This document shows positions 9,742 through 19,703 of a DNA stretch of 64,000 bases, piece after piece. This stretch comes from Eubacteriales bacterium (GTDB lineage: Bacteria; Bacillota; Clostridia; Oscillospirales; CAG-272): contig JAZSIF010000001.1 in assembly GCA_045533675.1 (NCBI GenBank), positions 18,980-82,979 of the forward strand, read 5' to 3'. The notes beneath the pieces were generated by a model. The model was given only the letters and a program-made list of their open reading frames with translations. It did no database searches and had not been told where the DNA came from. Position 1 is the first letter of the stretch, and every line of letters starts with the position of its first letter. Made by a program: the position numbers and the translations under genes.

Positions 9742-9915
9742 GAGGTTCCTCCTTTCCATACCGTTCTTTCCATTATTATATCATGCCCCCGACTCTTCCG
9801 TCAAGAGCGAACAGGAACTTCCCCTCCCCGAATTTCCATATTTTTAGGGGTACCAATTTCTCTCCATCGGGATTATAATTGTAATACGAAACTCTTACCG
9901 GAAAGGAATCATCCT

Positions 9916-10542
9916 ATGGATATGATTATGATCAGCGACCGCAAGCTCAAGGTCATGCTGACACAAAAGGATTTGGACGGGTATGGGGTCAATACCGAGG
10001 ACTTGGATTATGCCAATACCGAGACCAAACGGATGCTATGGGACATCCTCAACACCGCCAAAAAAAACATCCGCTTCAATACCGACGGTCAGCGGGTGCT
10101 CTTGCAGCTCTTCCCCTCCCGTGACGGGGGCTGTGAAATATTTGTTTGCAAGCTGGGCGCTCTCCCCGCGAGCCATTCGGAAGACCCCGCCGAGCTGTTC
10201 GCCGAACCCATCCTGCATTGCAAACGGGGACACCATTCCGCCGCACCGCCCGACCGAAAGGGAACCTTCCGTTTTGAATCCTTGGATTGGCTTCTGACGG
10301 TCTGCCGCCGTCTGTTTGATATCGGTTACGGCGGGGAAAGTGTCGCCTACGTGGGAGATGACCGCTTCTACTATCTGCTGCTGGACGGCATGGACACCAC
10401 GGGGTATTTGCCTTTAGATGAATTTTCCTTTATTAAGGAATACGGTACATCCGAATCCACCGAGGGTGCCCTTCACTTTCTCTCCGAGCACGGCACCCTC
10501 ATTTGCTCTGCCGACGCGGTGGCGACCCTCGGTTCCCTTTAA
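9916..10542 (+). CDS. mecA: adaptor protein MecA-like
   Basis: MDMIMISDRKLKVMLTQKDLDGYGVNTEDLDYANTETKRMLWDIL... matches the MecA N-domain pattern. The long 5' extension of track ORF 9604.. is unsupported. Confidence 0.7.
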   Translation: MDMIMISDRKLKVMLTQKDLDGYGVNTEDLDYANTETKRMLWDILNTAKKNIRFNTDGQRVLLQLFPSRDGGCEIFVCKLGALPASHSEDPAELFAEPILHCKRGHHSAAPPDRKGTFRFESLDWLLTVCRRLFDIGYGGESVAYVGDDRFYYLLLDGMDTTGYLPLDEFSFIKEYGTSESTEGALHFLSEHGTLICSADAVATLGSL

Positions 10543-10607
10543 CCGATTGAAAACGAAACGCATATACTGGCAGGGAATCCAATTGACAAAGAAAGGAATC
10601 GCTGTCT

Positions 10608-10967
10608 ATGAACGAACCCTCAAAGGACACCTCCACGGGGTATCTGCTCGTCAGGGTCTCTACCGCCCAAGGAGCTATCCCCTTGGAAAATGCCGCCGTC
10701 AACATTCGCGGCGGAGCTGCCGAGGACTCGGGAATCCTCTATTCTCTGCGTACCGACCGAGACGGAAAGACCCAAACCGTAGCGCTGCCTACCCCCGCCC
10801 TTTCCCTTTCGGAGACTCCGCAAGCGGAAACGCCCTACGCGGTCTACAACGTAGACGTCTTTCGCGAGGGGTACCTGCCTCTTTTCTTCCATAACGTTCC
10901 CGTTTTCCCCTCGGTTATTTCTATTCAGCCCGCTGTCATGGTCCCCGATCCCGACTCCCCCTTGTAA
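10608..10967 (+). CDS. carboxypeptidase-regulatory-like (beta-sandwich) domain protein
   Basis: 119 aa with GYLLVRVSTAQGAIPLENAAVNIRG...TDRDGKT, resembling CarboxypepD_reg-type domains. Confidence 0.45.
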   Translation: MNEPSKDTSTGYLLVRVSTAQGAIPLENAAVNIRGGAAEDSGILYSLRTDRDGKTQTVALPTPALSLSETPQAETPYAVYNVDVFREGYLPLFFHNVPVFPSVISIQPAVMVPDPDSPL

Positions 10968-10987
10968 TTCAGAGGAAAGGAGTAGCC

Positions 10988-12388
10988 ATGAATCAAAATC
11001 TCCCCGTCATCCCCGAAACCGTTACCGTCCATTTGGGCGCTCCCTCGGAGAACGCTCCCAACGTAACCGTCCCCTTCCTCGAATACATCACCAACGTCGC
11101 TTCCAGCGAAATCTATCCCACCTGGCCCGAGAACGCGATCCGAGCCAATATTTACGCGCAAATCTCCTTTGTCCTGAACCGTATTTATACCGAGTATTAC
11201 CGCATTCGGGGCTACGACTTTGACATTACCAATAATACCGCCTACGATCAGTATTTTGTCAAGGATCGGGATTATTTTGAAAACGTTGCCGCCATTGCCG
11301 CCGAAATATTTGATACCTATATCGTGCGGCAAGGAAGCGTGGAGCCACTCTTCGCCCAATATTGTAACGGCACCACCGTCACCTGTCCCGGGCTTTCCCA
11401 ATGGGGGACCGTCTCCCTTGCCAATCAGGGATACACACCTTACGAAATTCTGCAATACTATTACGGCGACGACATCAATCTGGTCACTGACACGCCCGTC
11501 ATGAACGTCTCAAGCTCCCTGCCTGACCGACTTCTGCGGCTGGGAACGGCAGGAGACGACGTGCGGCAAATTCAGATCCGACTGAATCGGATTTCCGACA
11601 ACTATCCCTCGATCCCAAAAATCGCTCTGCCCGACGGTGTTTTCTCCTTTGACACCGAGGCGGCGGTACGGCGGTTTCAGGAGATCTTTTCCCTGCCCGC
11701 GGACGGCATCGTAGGAAAATCCACCTGGTACGCCATTCAGTTTATCTACAACGCAGTCAAGCGTCTCAACGAGCTGGACTCCGAGGGGATTACGCTTGAC
11801 GAGGTCACGCAACAATACACAGAGCTCCTCTCCCTCGGCTCTCAAGGCTTAGAGGTGCAGAACGTACAGTATCTGCTTTCCTACCTCTCCGCCTTTTACA
11901 ACGAGATCCCACCCGTCACCATTGACGGGATCTTCGGTCCCTCTACCGACAGCGCCGTCCGCGCGGCGCAATCCCTCTTTGATCTCCCCGTCACGGGAGA
12001 GGTGGATTTCGCTACCTGGGACGTTCTTTACCGAACCTACCTCGGCTTTCTTGCCACCATTCCCTTTCAGTACGTGGAGGGAAATATTCTTCCCTATCCC
12101 GGTGTTCCCTTGCGTCTTGGATCGGAGGATGATTCGGTTCGTGTGCTTCAGGAATACCTCAACTTTATCGCAAGATCCGACGACCGTATTCCCGAAACGG
12201 GTGTTACCGGTTATTTTGGGCAGAGAACCCGTCAATCGGTAATCGCCTTTCAGGAAGCGGCAGGCATCCCCCCTACCGGAACGGTAGCCAGCGTCACCTG
12301 GAACGCCATTGCCGACCGTTACAGCGACCTCTATAACGGCTCCCGTCTTGGGGAAGGACAGTATCCCGGCTATGAGGTCGGACGATAA
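10988..12388 (+). CDS. SleC-like / SpoIID-LytB-like cortex-lytic enzyme with three PG_binding_1 repeats
   Basis: The N-domain reads VASSEIYPTWPENAIRANIYAQISFVLNRIY...LSQWG. It is followed by three repeats of the pattern L.LGS.G..V..LQ..L....DG.FG..T..AV..FQ. Confidence 0.6.
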   Translation: MNQNLPVIPETVTVHLGAPSENAPNVTVPFLEYITNVASSEIYPTWPENAIRANIYAQISFVLNRIYTEYYRIRGYDFDITNNTAYDQYFVKDRDYFENVAAIAAEIFDTYIVRQGSVEPLFAQYCNGTTVTCPGLSQWGTVSLANQGYTPYEILQYYYGDDINLVTDTPVMNVSSSLPDRLLRLGTAGDDVRQIQIRLNRISDNYPSIPKIALPDGVFSFDTEAAVRRFQEIFSLPADGIVGKSTWYAIQFIYNAVKRLNELDSEGITLDEVTQQYTELLSLGSQGLEVQNVQYLLSYLSAFYNEIPPVTIDGIFGPSTDSAVRAAQSLFDLPVTGEVDFATWDVLYRTYLGFLATIPFQYVEGNILPYPGVPLRLGSEDDSVRVLQEYLNFIARSDDRIPETGVTGYFGQRTRQSVIAFQEAAGIPPTGTVASVTWNAIADRYSDLYNGSRLGEGQYPGYEVGR

Positions 12389-12405
12389 CTTGGAAAGGAG
12401 ACGGT

Positions 12406-12924
12406 ATGGATCAACCAATCACCAATCGGGATGCCATTCGTAATCTGCAACGGTATCTGAGAAGAGTCTCTTATGAAGACAATCGCATCATTCCCGTCCC
12501 CATTGACGGGGTCTTCGACGACAGGACCGAGGAAGCGCTTTTGGCATTTCAAGGAAAAATGAACCTTCCAAAAACAGGACGTGCCGACGAAGAGACCTGG
12601 AATCTGCTTTTTTCGGAATATGACCGCCTGAAAAAAGAACAGGACCTGCGTGTTCCCATCGACTTTTTTCCTCCCTCCCCCGAAAATTACGAGAGCGTAC
12701 CGGGAGAGAGAGGAGCCTTCATCACCCTTTTGCAATTCATGTTAGGGGAGCTGACGCTGGTCTACGATGCCTATTCCCCTCCCCCTTTGACAGGGGTATT
12801 TGACGAGGACACGGAAGAGGCGCTGCTTCGCTTTCAAGCCATCCACGGACTTCCCCCCACGGGGCGGCTGAATCGAAACACATGGAACCGATTGTCCGAG
12901 GAATACCGAAATTATCTTACTTAA
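12406..12924 (+). CDS. peptidoglycan-binding domain protein (2 x PG_binding_1)
   Basis: IRNLQRYLRRVS...IDGVFDDRTEEALLAFQ and LQFMLGEL...LTGVFDEDTEEALLRFQ. Confidence 0.7.
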   Translation: MDQPITNRDAIRNLQRYLRRVSYEDNRIIPVPIDGVFDDRTEEALLAFQGKMNLPKTGRADEETWNLLFSEYDRLKKEQDLRVPIDFFPPSPENYESVPGERGAFITLLQFMLGELTLVYDAYSPPPLTGVFDEDTEEALLRFQAIHGLPPTGRLNRNTWNRLSEEYRNYLT

Positions 12925-13068
12925 AAAGCGTTTTCTCTCCGAGCAAGTTTTCCGCTTTCTCTGCGTACAATAAAAAGAAGAACCCCCGTCTTTCCGATTA
13001 AACCACACAAGGAGGGGCAATAATTTCACTGAATCCATCGGGAGAAATAGAAGGGTGCAAAGATCATT

Positions 13069-15504
13069 ATGTCAAACAAATTCACACAAAAAGCGCAAAA
13101 CACACTCAATTTGGCTCTCACTTTTGCCAGAGAGCTGGGACACAGCTACGTAGGCTCCGAGCATCTTCTCTTGGGACTGGTATCCGAAAAGGACAGCATA
13201 GCCTCTCGTCTGCTTGCCGCTCGGGGAGCGGATGCCGCGCGGATCCGCCAAAGCATTGCCGACGTATCGGGAGTAGGCTCCCAGAGCTTTGTCCGCGCGT
13301 CCGATATGACCCCCAGAGCCAAAAAGATCATTGAGGGTTCGGCAGCCGAATCTCATAAGAGCGGGAGCCGTTACATCGGGACCGAGCATCTTCTCATGGC
13401 GCTTCTTCGGGAAAAGGATTCCGTAGGAGTACGGCTTTTGGAATCCGAGGGAATCCCTTCCGAGGAGCTGATGGACGACGTGGACACTTATCTGAATACA
13501 TCTGTAGAGAAGGCGCCCCGTTCCGCCTCCCCCGAAAAGGAGGAAAAGCTGAAGATCAAGGGAGCTCCCGTACTCAGCTCCTACGGACGAGATCTGACCG
13601 AACGGGCAAAGGAGGGGCGAATTGACCCTATCATCGGGAGAGATTCCGAAACCGAACGGCTCATTCGCATTCTCTCTCGCCGACAAAAAAACAATCCCTG
13701 TCTGATTGGAGAACCCGGTGTGGGCAAGACCGCCGTGGTGGAGGGACTTGCCGAGCGGATCGTCAATGGCAGCGTACCTCCCACCCTTCGGGACAGACGC
13801 ATCGTTACCTTGGATATTTCCTCTATGATCGCGGGAGCAAAATACCGAGGAGAATTTGAGGAACGCCTCAAAAACGTCATGGAGGAGGTTCGCCGCAATC
13901 CCGACATTATCCTGTTCATCGATGAGATTCACGTCATCATTGGCGCGGGTGCCGCTGAGGGAGCGGTGGATGCCGCTAACATCCTAAAGCCCGCTCTTGC
14001 CAGAGGAGAATTGCAGATGATCGGTGCCACGACCTTAGCGGAATACCGTTCTCATATAGAAAAGGACGCGGCTCTGGAGCGCCGTTTTCAATCGGTTCAC
14101 GTACAGGAACCATCCGAGGAAGCCGCAAAAGAAATTCTCAGGGGGCTTCGGGAACGCTATGAGGAACATCACGGACTGCGAATTTCCGATGAAGCCATCG
14201 AGGCGGCGGTTTCCCTCTCGGTCCGCTATCTTCCCGACCGTTTTCTGCCCGACAAAGCCATTGACCTCATTGATGAGGCGGCGGCGGGAGTCCGTATTGC
14301 CGCTGAGGAGCTCCCCTCCGCATTACAACCCTTGGAGGATGAACTGAAGGCGCTCTCCCTCCAAATGGAGGAAGCCATTTTGGCAAGGGATTTTGAAGAA
14401 GCGGCAAGGATACGCGACCGAGAACGGCAAATGAAGGAGGAGCTTATCGAAGAAAAGCAACGTGTATCCTCCAACGCAAAGGGGGCTCTTTCTGTTTCCG
14501 CCTACGACGTTGCCGACGTCATCACCAGATGGACGGGAATTCCCGTCAGCAATCTTTTGGCGGATGAAAGTGAAAAGCTTCTGCGTTTAGAGGATACCCT
14601 CAAAGAGCGTGTGATCGGACAGGACGAAGCCATTGCCTCCCTTTCCCGCGCCATTCGTCGGGGACGGTTGGGACTCAAGCATCCAAAACGTCCCATTGGC
14701 TCCTTTATCTTTCTCGGGCAGAGCGGTGTGGGAAAGACCGAGCTTGCCCGCGCGCTTTCCGAGCAATTGTTTGGCAGCAGAGACTCTCTCATTCGATTGG
14801 ATATGTCGGAGTATATGGAGAAGCACAGCGTGTCCCGTCTCATCGGGTCCCCGCCGGGTTATGTGGGCTACGAGGAAGGCGGACAGCTCACCGAGCGGGT
14901 ACGCCGCCGTCCCTATTCGGTCATTCTGTTTGACGAGATGGAAAAAGCGCACCCTGACGTATTCAATCTCTTGCTTCAGGTCTTAGAGGACGGTGTCCTG
15001 ACCGATTCCAAAGGCAGACGGGTGGATTTCTCCAATACCGTTCTCATCATGACCTCCAATCTCGGATGCTCCCCCGAGGACCGAAGAAAGACGGTAGGCT
15101 TTACCCTTTTTGACTCAGAGCAAGAGAACGAACGGGAAAAGCTGATCTCCACGCTTCGGGAACGCTTCCGAGGAGAATTTCTCAACCGTGTAGACGAGAT
15201 CCTGCTTTTCCGTCCCTTAGACAAAAGAGATCTAACCAAAATTGCCGAAGCCTTATTAGAGCAGATCGGTCAGCGAGCCGGACAATTGGGGATCACCCTG
15301 TCCTTTGATTCCTCAGTCGCCTCCTTCCTTGCGGACACCTCTTCTGCCACCTTGGGCGGTGCCCGACCCCTGCGCGGGCTTGCGGTCCGACAAGTCGAAG
15401 ATCCTCTGTCCACAGCCCTCCTTGAAAAACGTTTTCAGTCGGGAGACTCGGTCTGTGCCTTCGTTCCCGCGGGAAAAGGAGAGATCGTATTTGAAAAATG
15501 TTAG
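13069..15504 (+). CDS. clpC: ATP-dependent Clp protease ATP-binding subunit ClpC
   Basis: 811 aa with Clp_N repeats and two AAA+ modules (GEPGVGKTA and GQSGVGKTE). There is also a UVR-like linker, [13 protein letters not shown]. Confidence 0.93.
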   Translation: MSNKFTQKAQNTLNLALTFARELGHSYVGSEHLLLGLVSEKDSIASRLLAARGADAARIRQSIADVSGVGSQSFVRASDMTPRAKKIIEGSAAESHKSGSRYIGTEHLLMALLREKDSVGVRLLESEGIPSEELMDDVDTYLNTSVEKAPRSASPEKEEKLKIKGAPVLSSYGRDLTERAKEGRIDPIIGRDSETERLIRILSRRQKNNPCLIGEPGVGKTAVVEGLAERIVNGSVPPTLRDRRIVTLDISSMIAGAKYRGEFEERLKNVMEEVRRNPDIILFIDEIHVIIGAGAAEGAVDAANILKPALARGELQMIGATTLAEYRSHIEKDAALERRFQSVHVQEPSEEAAKEILRGLRERYEEHHGLRISDEAIEAAVSLSVRYLPDRFLPDKAIDLIDEAAAGVRIAAEELPSALQPLEDELKALSLQMEEAILARDFEEAARIRDRERQMKEELIEEKQRVSSNAKGALSVSAYDVADVITRWTGIPVSNLLADESEKLLRLEDTLKERVIGQDEAIASLSRAIRRGRLGLKHPKRPIGSFIFLGQSGVGKTELARALSEQLFGSRDSLIRLDMSEYMEKHSVSRLIGSPPGYVGYEEGGQLTERVRRRPYSVILFDEMEKAHPDVFNLLLQVLEDGVLTDSKGRRVDFSNTVLIMTSNLGCSPEDRRKTVGFTLFDSEQENEREKLISTLRERFRGEFLNRVDEILLFRPLDKRDLTKIAEALLEQIGQRAGQLGITLSFDSSVASFLADTSSATLGGARPLRGLAVRQVEDPLSTALLEKRFQSGDSVCAFVPAGKGEIVFEKC

Positions 15505-15540
15505 TTTAGATTTTATAGAAATTTCAGCTTTCTTGTTTTT

Positions 15541-15640
15541 GGTACACCGTGTAACTTTATAGAATTTATCTATGGACGAAGCCCGTCGGACCGCATTGCC
15601 CTCGCATGCTTCCGACGGATTTCTTTTAAATATTTTTTCT
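15541..15640 (-). repeat. intergenic repeat family copy B (M + H, inverted, no T)
   Basis: GGTACACCGTGTAACTTTATAGAATTTATCTATGGACGAAGCCCGTCGG...CCGACGGATTTCTTTT aligns with copies D-left and E. Confidence 0.6.
15583..15627 (+). terminator. intrinsic terminator after clpC (the repeat-family hairpin)
   Basis: CCGTCGGA ... TCCGACGG stem followed by ATTTCTTTT. Confidence 0.7.
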
Positions 15641-15718
15641 TTCCGTCCATTTGTTTACATTGCGTTCAAAAATTAGGTATATAATGTATATAATGTTGTA
15701 TGAAATAAAGGATTTTCT

Positions 15719-16552
15719 ATGAAATCAACACGTAACACGCTTCGCATTTATGGGCTCACCCTTTTGGGAGCCACGCTGCTTTTGATCCTCCTTCGGTGTC
15801 TCGATCTGTTTTTGTTCTTTGACAAGGAGATCGGGTATTATCAGAGAGACGCATTCCTTCCCATCGCGGAGATCATCCTGCTGTTCGCGGCGCCTGCCGC
15901 TCTGTTGGTTGCCTCCATCCTTTGGCTTCGCCGTCTGTCCGTAAGCTATGAAGAAACGAATCCCATCGTTCTCCGTCTTTCGGCATTGCTTGCCTCGCTC
16001 TTTTCCCTGGCATACACCGTTCTGTCTCTCATGGGGCAGACCGAGGACACTTCTCTCACCGCGCGGCTTCTTTTGGTTTGCTCCATGATCACGGCAATCT
16101 ATTTTCTACTGAACGCAAGCAAGAGCGCCGCCCCCGCGCTTCCCCGTTTTCTCACGGGTGTGGGCATGGTCCTCTTCCTCCTGTTCTCCCTGGGAAGCTG
16201 CTATTTTGACCCTACGGTACAAATGAACGCCCCCGACAAGCTCCTCTTTTTGGTCGCCTGCCTCTCGGGTATGCTATTTACCGCCGAAGAGCTTCGGATC
16301 TTTGCGGAGGTTCCAAAAAGCGGACGGTATTTCTTCTCTATGGGATGCGCCGTTTTCTTTCTCGGAGTTTCATCGATTCCCACCCTGATCGGCGTTTCCC
16401 TCGGCGCGATGGAGCCCGCCTCCTGGCATCTCTCTTGCATCGTTCTGTTCGGAATGTTCTTATATGCCGTCACCCGTATGCTTCTGATTGTTTTCTCCTC
16501 GAAGAAAACCGAAAGAGTCTCTGCCGAGCAACCCGCCGACCAAGAGGAATGA
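15719..16552 (+). CDS. polytopic membrane protein, unknown function
   Basis: 277 aa with about 8 hydrophobic segments and an acidic C-terminal tail. A TTTACA/TATAAT-like promoter lies at 15652-15700. Confidence 0.55.
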   Translation: MKSTRNTLRIYGLTLLGATLLLILLRCLDLFLFFDKEIGYYQRDAFLPIAEIILLFAAPAALLVASILWLRRLSVSYEETNPIVLRLSALLASLFSLAYTVLSLMGQTEDTSLTARLLLVCSMITAIYFLLNASKSAAPALPRFLTGVGMVLFLLFSLGSCYFDPTVQMNAPDKLLFLVACLSGMLFTAEELRIFAEVPKSGRYFFSMGCAVFFLGVSSIPTLIGVSLGAMEPASWHLSCIVLFGMFLYAVTRMLLIVFSSKKTERVSAEQPADQEE

Positions 16553-16589
16553 GTTCCTCTCCCTCATCCATTCAACAAGGAGTAACACC

Positions 16590-17153
16590 ATGAGCGCCAA
16601 TGATCGAATCCAATGGCTTCACAAAAAAATAATTGCGGGCTGTTATCCCAATGCCTCACACCTTTCCGAGCGCTTTGAGATCTCCCACCGCCAGGCACAG
16701 CGTGACGTGGAGTATCTGCGGAAGGACTTAGAGGCTCCCTTGCGGTATTGCTCCAAGAAAAAGGGATACTACTACGACGGAGATTTTATGCTTCCTCTTC
16801 TTCTCGAAGCGGAAAACGATACCGACTATCAGGACGTGGTATCGGGACTTCGGGCATTCAACGATCTGTCTGCCGTTCGCTCCATCGTCCAGCTTCAGCT
16901 TCCCTATTCGGCAACGCTGGAGATCACCGATAAAATGACGGTCATGAATCTGCGTGCCTTTATCGTAGGCGAGGAGCCTCATCACCGCTACCGCTGTGAA
17001 TTTCCCAGCGTGGAGCTCTTCCTCGGTATTGCCGTGTCCGCCGATGCCGACGTTCGCATCATTTCCCCGGACTGGCTTCGGGTCAAGCTGGTGGATTTTG
17101 CCAAGCGAATCTTAGAGAGAAATCAAGTAGAAGAGGATGAAGAGGAGGCTTGA
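16590..17153 (+). CDS. HTH transcriptional regulator, YafY-like but short
   Basis: MSANDRIQWLHKKIIAGCYPNASHLSERFEISHRQAQRDVEYLR is HTH_11-like. The C-terminus ADADVRIISPDWLRVKLVDFAKRILE is WCX-like. The start is set at the ATG after AAGGAG. Confidence 0.6.
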   Translation: MSANDRIQWLHKKIIAGCYPNASHLSERFEISHRQAQRDVEYLRKDLEAPLRYCSKKKGYYYDGDFMLPLLLEAENDTDYQDVVSGLRAFNDLSAVRSIVQLQLPYSATLEITDKMTVMNLRAFIVGEEPHHRYRCEFPSVELFLGIAVSADADVRIISPDWLRVKLVDFAKRILERNQVEEDEEEA

Positions 17154-17206
17154 CACGCCTCCTCCTTCCTTTTCTAAAAATATTTTAAAAACTTTTCAAA
17201 AACCTA

Positions 17207-17234
17207 TTGACAAATCAATTTTTCATGGTATAAT
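17207..17234 (+). promoter_or_regulatory. sigma-A promoter for rplJL
   Basis: TTGACA (17207-12), 16-nt spacer ending TGg, TATAAT (17229-34). Confidence 0.65.
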
Positions 17235-17239
17235 ATTTG

Positions 17240-17405
17240 ATGTTATCCAAAGACAGCAGGTCTCCGTAAAGGCAAATGCCTCCCTGCCGAGGACAAGATC
17301 AATGAAATATTCTTTTCGTTATCTTTCTTCGCGCAAGGACTATGTCTTTCGGAAGAAAGTTTTTTATTTCCTGCTTACACATTTTCACATGGGAGGTGAA
17401 AGAAA
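17240..17405 (+). promoter_or_regulatory. ribosomal protein L10 leader with attenuator terminator
   Basis: A roughly 165-nt 5' UTR before rplJ, ending in the hairpin CTTTCTTC(17323-30)...GAAGAAAG(17352-59) plus TTTTTT. The position and architecture fit the Firmicute L10 leader. Confidence 0.55.
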
Positions 17406-17954
17406 GTGGCTAGCAAATCCATTCTTGAACAGAAGCAAGCGATTGTTGCGGATCTGGCGGAGCAACTGAAGAATTCTCCTGCGGGTGTTGTCGTTAACTA
17501 CCAGGGTATCACCGTGGATGCTGATACGAAGATGCGTAAGGCTCTCCGTGAGGCAGGCGTTAAGTACACCGTTATGAAGAACTCCATGACCGGCAGAGCT
17601 TGTGACGAGGTAGGTCTTGGCGATATGAAGCAGTACCTGACCGGTATGACCGCTATCGCAATCGGAACCACCGACGCAGTCGCTCCTGCAAAGGTCCTCA
17701 AGGAGTACGCAGAGAAGATCGAATCCTTCGAGATTCTGGCAGGTTACCTTGACGGAAAGGTAGTGGACAAGGATACGGTCCTCTATCTGGCGGACATTCC
17801 TTCGAAGGAAGTCCTCATCGCAAAGTTGCTCGGAAGCATCAAGTCCCCTCTGTACGGTCTTGCATACGCTCTCCAGGCAGTCGTCGACAGAGACGGCGAG
17901 GCAGCCCCCGAGGCTGCAACCGAAGCTGCTCCCGAGGCAGCAACCGAGGCTTAA
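17406..17954 (+). CDS. rplJ: 50S ribosomal protein L10
   Basis: GTG start after GGAGGTG. Sequence SILEQKQAIVADLAEQLKNSPAGVVVNYQGITV. The C-tail carries the repeat EAAPEAAT x2. Confidence 0.95.
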   Translation: MASKSILEQKQAIVADLAEQLKNSPAGVVVNYQGITVDADTKMRKALREAGVKYTVMKNSMTGRACDEVGLGDMKQYLTGMTAIAIGTTDAVAPAKVLKEYAEKIESFEILAGYLDGKVVDKDTVLYLADIPSKEVLIAKLLGSIKSPLYGLAYALQAVVDRDGEAAPEAATEAAPEAATEA

Positions 17955-18027
17955 TTACCGCCTCAATATTTTATGCGTCTTAACGCAAATTTAAATTTAT
18001 TGATTCCGATTAAGGAGGAACACGAAA

Positions 18028-18408
18028 ATGGCATCTGAAAAGATCACTAACATTCTTGAAGAGATCAAGTCTCTCACCATCATTGAGCTCGCTGACCTGG
18101 TAAAGGCAGTTGAGGAAGAGTTCGGCGTATCCGCAGCAGCTCCCGTAGGCGTTGTCGCAGCAGCTGGCGCTGCAGCAGCTCCCGCGGCTGAGGAGAAGAC
18201 CGAGTTTGACGTAGTGCTGAAGTCCTTCGGCGCTAAGAAGCTGGACGTTATCAAGGCAGTTCGCGAGATCACAGGTCTGGGTCTGAAGGAAGCTAAGGAA
18301 ATGGTTGAGGGCGCTCCCAAGACCGTTAAGGAAGGCGTTTCCAAGGACGAGGCTGAGTCTGTTAAGAAGGCTCTCGAAGAGGCTGGCGCTGAGGTTGAGG
18401 TTAAGTAA
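18028..18408 (+). CDS. rplL: 50S ribosomal protein L7/L12
   Basis: [34 protein letters not shown]...Ala-rich hinge...[13 protein letters not shown]. Confidence 0.95.
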   Translation: MASEKITNILEEIKSLTIIELADLVKAVEEEFGVSAAAPVGVVAAAGAAAAPAAEEKTEFDVVLKSFGAKKLDVIKAVREITGLGLKEAKEMVEGAPKTVKEGVSKDEAESVKKALEEAGAEVEVK

Positions 18409-18427
18409 TTTAACCCTTCCCTACATA

Positions 18428-18459
18428 AAAAGGATGCGGAAAATCCGCATCCTTTTTAT
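18428..18459 (+). terminator. intrinsic terminator after rplL
   Basis: AGGATGCGGA AAA TCCGCATCCT followed by TTTTT. Confidence 0.8.
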
Positions 18460-18513
18460 GTTTTAAAACAAATTTATCAGCATTATAAACAATTGTAAAG
18501 CCACAGAAGAAAT

Positions 18514-18552
18514 CAAAAAAGCTCTTGTTCCGTTTGGAACAAGAGCTTTTTC
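18514..18552 (-). terminator. intrinsic (bidirectional) terminator after the distal ftsZ
   Basis: AGCTCTTGTTCC gttt GGAACAAGAGCT flanked by an A-run and a T-run. Confidence 0.75.
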
Positions 18553-18561
18553 ATCATTCAA

Positions 18562-19632
18562 TCAAAACAGATTTCCGAGAATCGAGTCAACCAGATCCTC
18601 GTTCTTCTTTGGCTCTTCCTTGGGAGCCTCCTCCGCGGGAGCTTCCTTGGAAACGACTTCCTCAATGGGAGTTGCCTCCTGATCAAAGCCTGCGGCAACG
18701 ATGGTAATTCTCATCTCATCCTCAAGCTCGTTGTCAAATGCCACACCGAAGATCACGCTTGCCTCGGCATTGCACTCGGAGGAGATCATAGAAGCAGCCA
18801 GATCCACATCCTCCAGACCCACGTCGGGAGAAGCGGAAATACTGATGATGATTCCCTTCGCGCCCTTGATCGAGGTCTCGAGCAACGGGCTGGAGATCGC
18901 CATGCCTGCGGCAACCTGTGCCTTATCCTTACCTGTTGCGCTGCCAACGCCCATGTATGCCTTGCCGGAGTTGGCAATGACAGAAGTAACGTCAGCAAAG
19001 TCGATGTTGATAAATCCGGGAACGTTAATGAGATCGGAGATGCTCTGTACCGCACGGCGAAGCACCTCGTCTGCCTCGGTGAACGCATTCATGAGAGTAA
19101 TGCGGGTATCGGTAACCAGCTTCAGTCTCTCGTTGGGAATGACCACCAAGGAGTCTACGTAAGGAGCAAGCTCGGCAATTCCCTCATTGGCGCGGTCCAT
19201 CTTCTTGCGACCCTCAAACTGGAAGGGAGTGGTCACCACACCCACCGTAAGGATCTCCATTTCCTGCGCCAGTCTTGCTACCACGGGGGTAGCGCCCGTA
19301 CCGGTTCCGCCGCCCATACCCGCTGTGATAAAGATCATGTCTGCACCCGAAAGCAGCTTCTTAAGCTCATTGACCGCTTCCTCAGCGGCTCTCTCGCCGA
19401 TCTCGGGGTTGGAGCCCGCGCCGAAGCCATTGGTAATCTTTTCACCGATCACCAGCTGGGTGGTCGCCTTACATCTTCTGAGCGCCTGCTTGTCCGTGTT
19501 GATGGCGATAAAGTCCACGCCCTTTACACCTGCGGCGATCATACGGTTGATGGCATTGTTTCCGCCTCCGCCTACACCGACTACCTTAATCTTTACGCCG
19601 TAATCCATTACGCTATCCTGTTCAAAAGCCAT
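18562..19632 (-). CDS. ftsZ: cell division GTPase FtsZ, distal copy
   Basis: 356 aa with [37 protein letters not shown], a disordered PAEEAPKEEPKK linker and the tail DLVDSILGNLF. RBS AGGAGG is 7 nt upstream. Confidence 0.93.
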   Translation of the reverse strand: MAFEQDSVMDYGVKIKVVGVGGGGNNAINRMIAAGVKGVDFIAINTDKQALRRCKATTQLVIGEKITNGFGAGSNPEIGERAAEEAVNELKKLLSGADMIFITAGMGGGTGTGATPVVARLAQEMEILTVGVVTTPFQFEGRKKMDRANEGIAELAPYVDSLVVIPNERLKLVTDTRITLMNAFTEADEVLRRAVQSISDLINVPGFINIDFADVTSVIANSGKAYMGVGSATGKDKAQVAAGMAISSPLLETSIKGAKGIIISISASPDVGLEDVDLAASMISSECNAEASVIFGVAFDNELEDEMRITIVAAGFDQEATPIEEVVSKEAPAEEAPKEEPKKNEDLVDSILGNLF

Positions 19633-19703
19633 ATCTTTGCCTCCTATCGTCCGACCCTTGGGTCAGCCCATCCTTCTCTATTAAACTATCCTTACGTTCC
19701 TGA

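Noticed and set aside
9604-9915. A 104-codon N-terminal extension of the mecA ORF in the track.
   Set aside because: The extension overlaps the helicase gene's 5' end and promoter region. It has an Arg/Pro/Ser-rich junk composition. The MecA homology begins at MDMIMISDRKL.
17900-17954. Tandem EAAPEAAT repeat at the C-terminus of L10, considered as a possible VNTR or fusion.
   Set aside because: It is short (two units), in frame, and low-complexity acidic/Ala tails occur on r-proteins. It is not enough to call anything beyond a tail extension.
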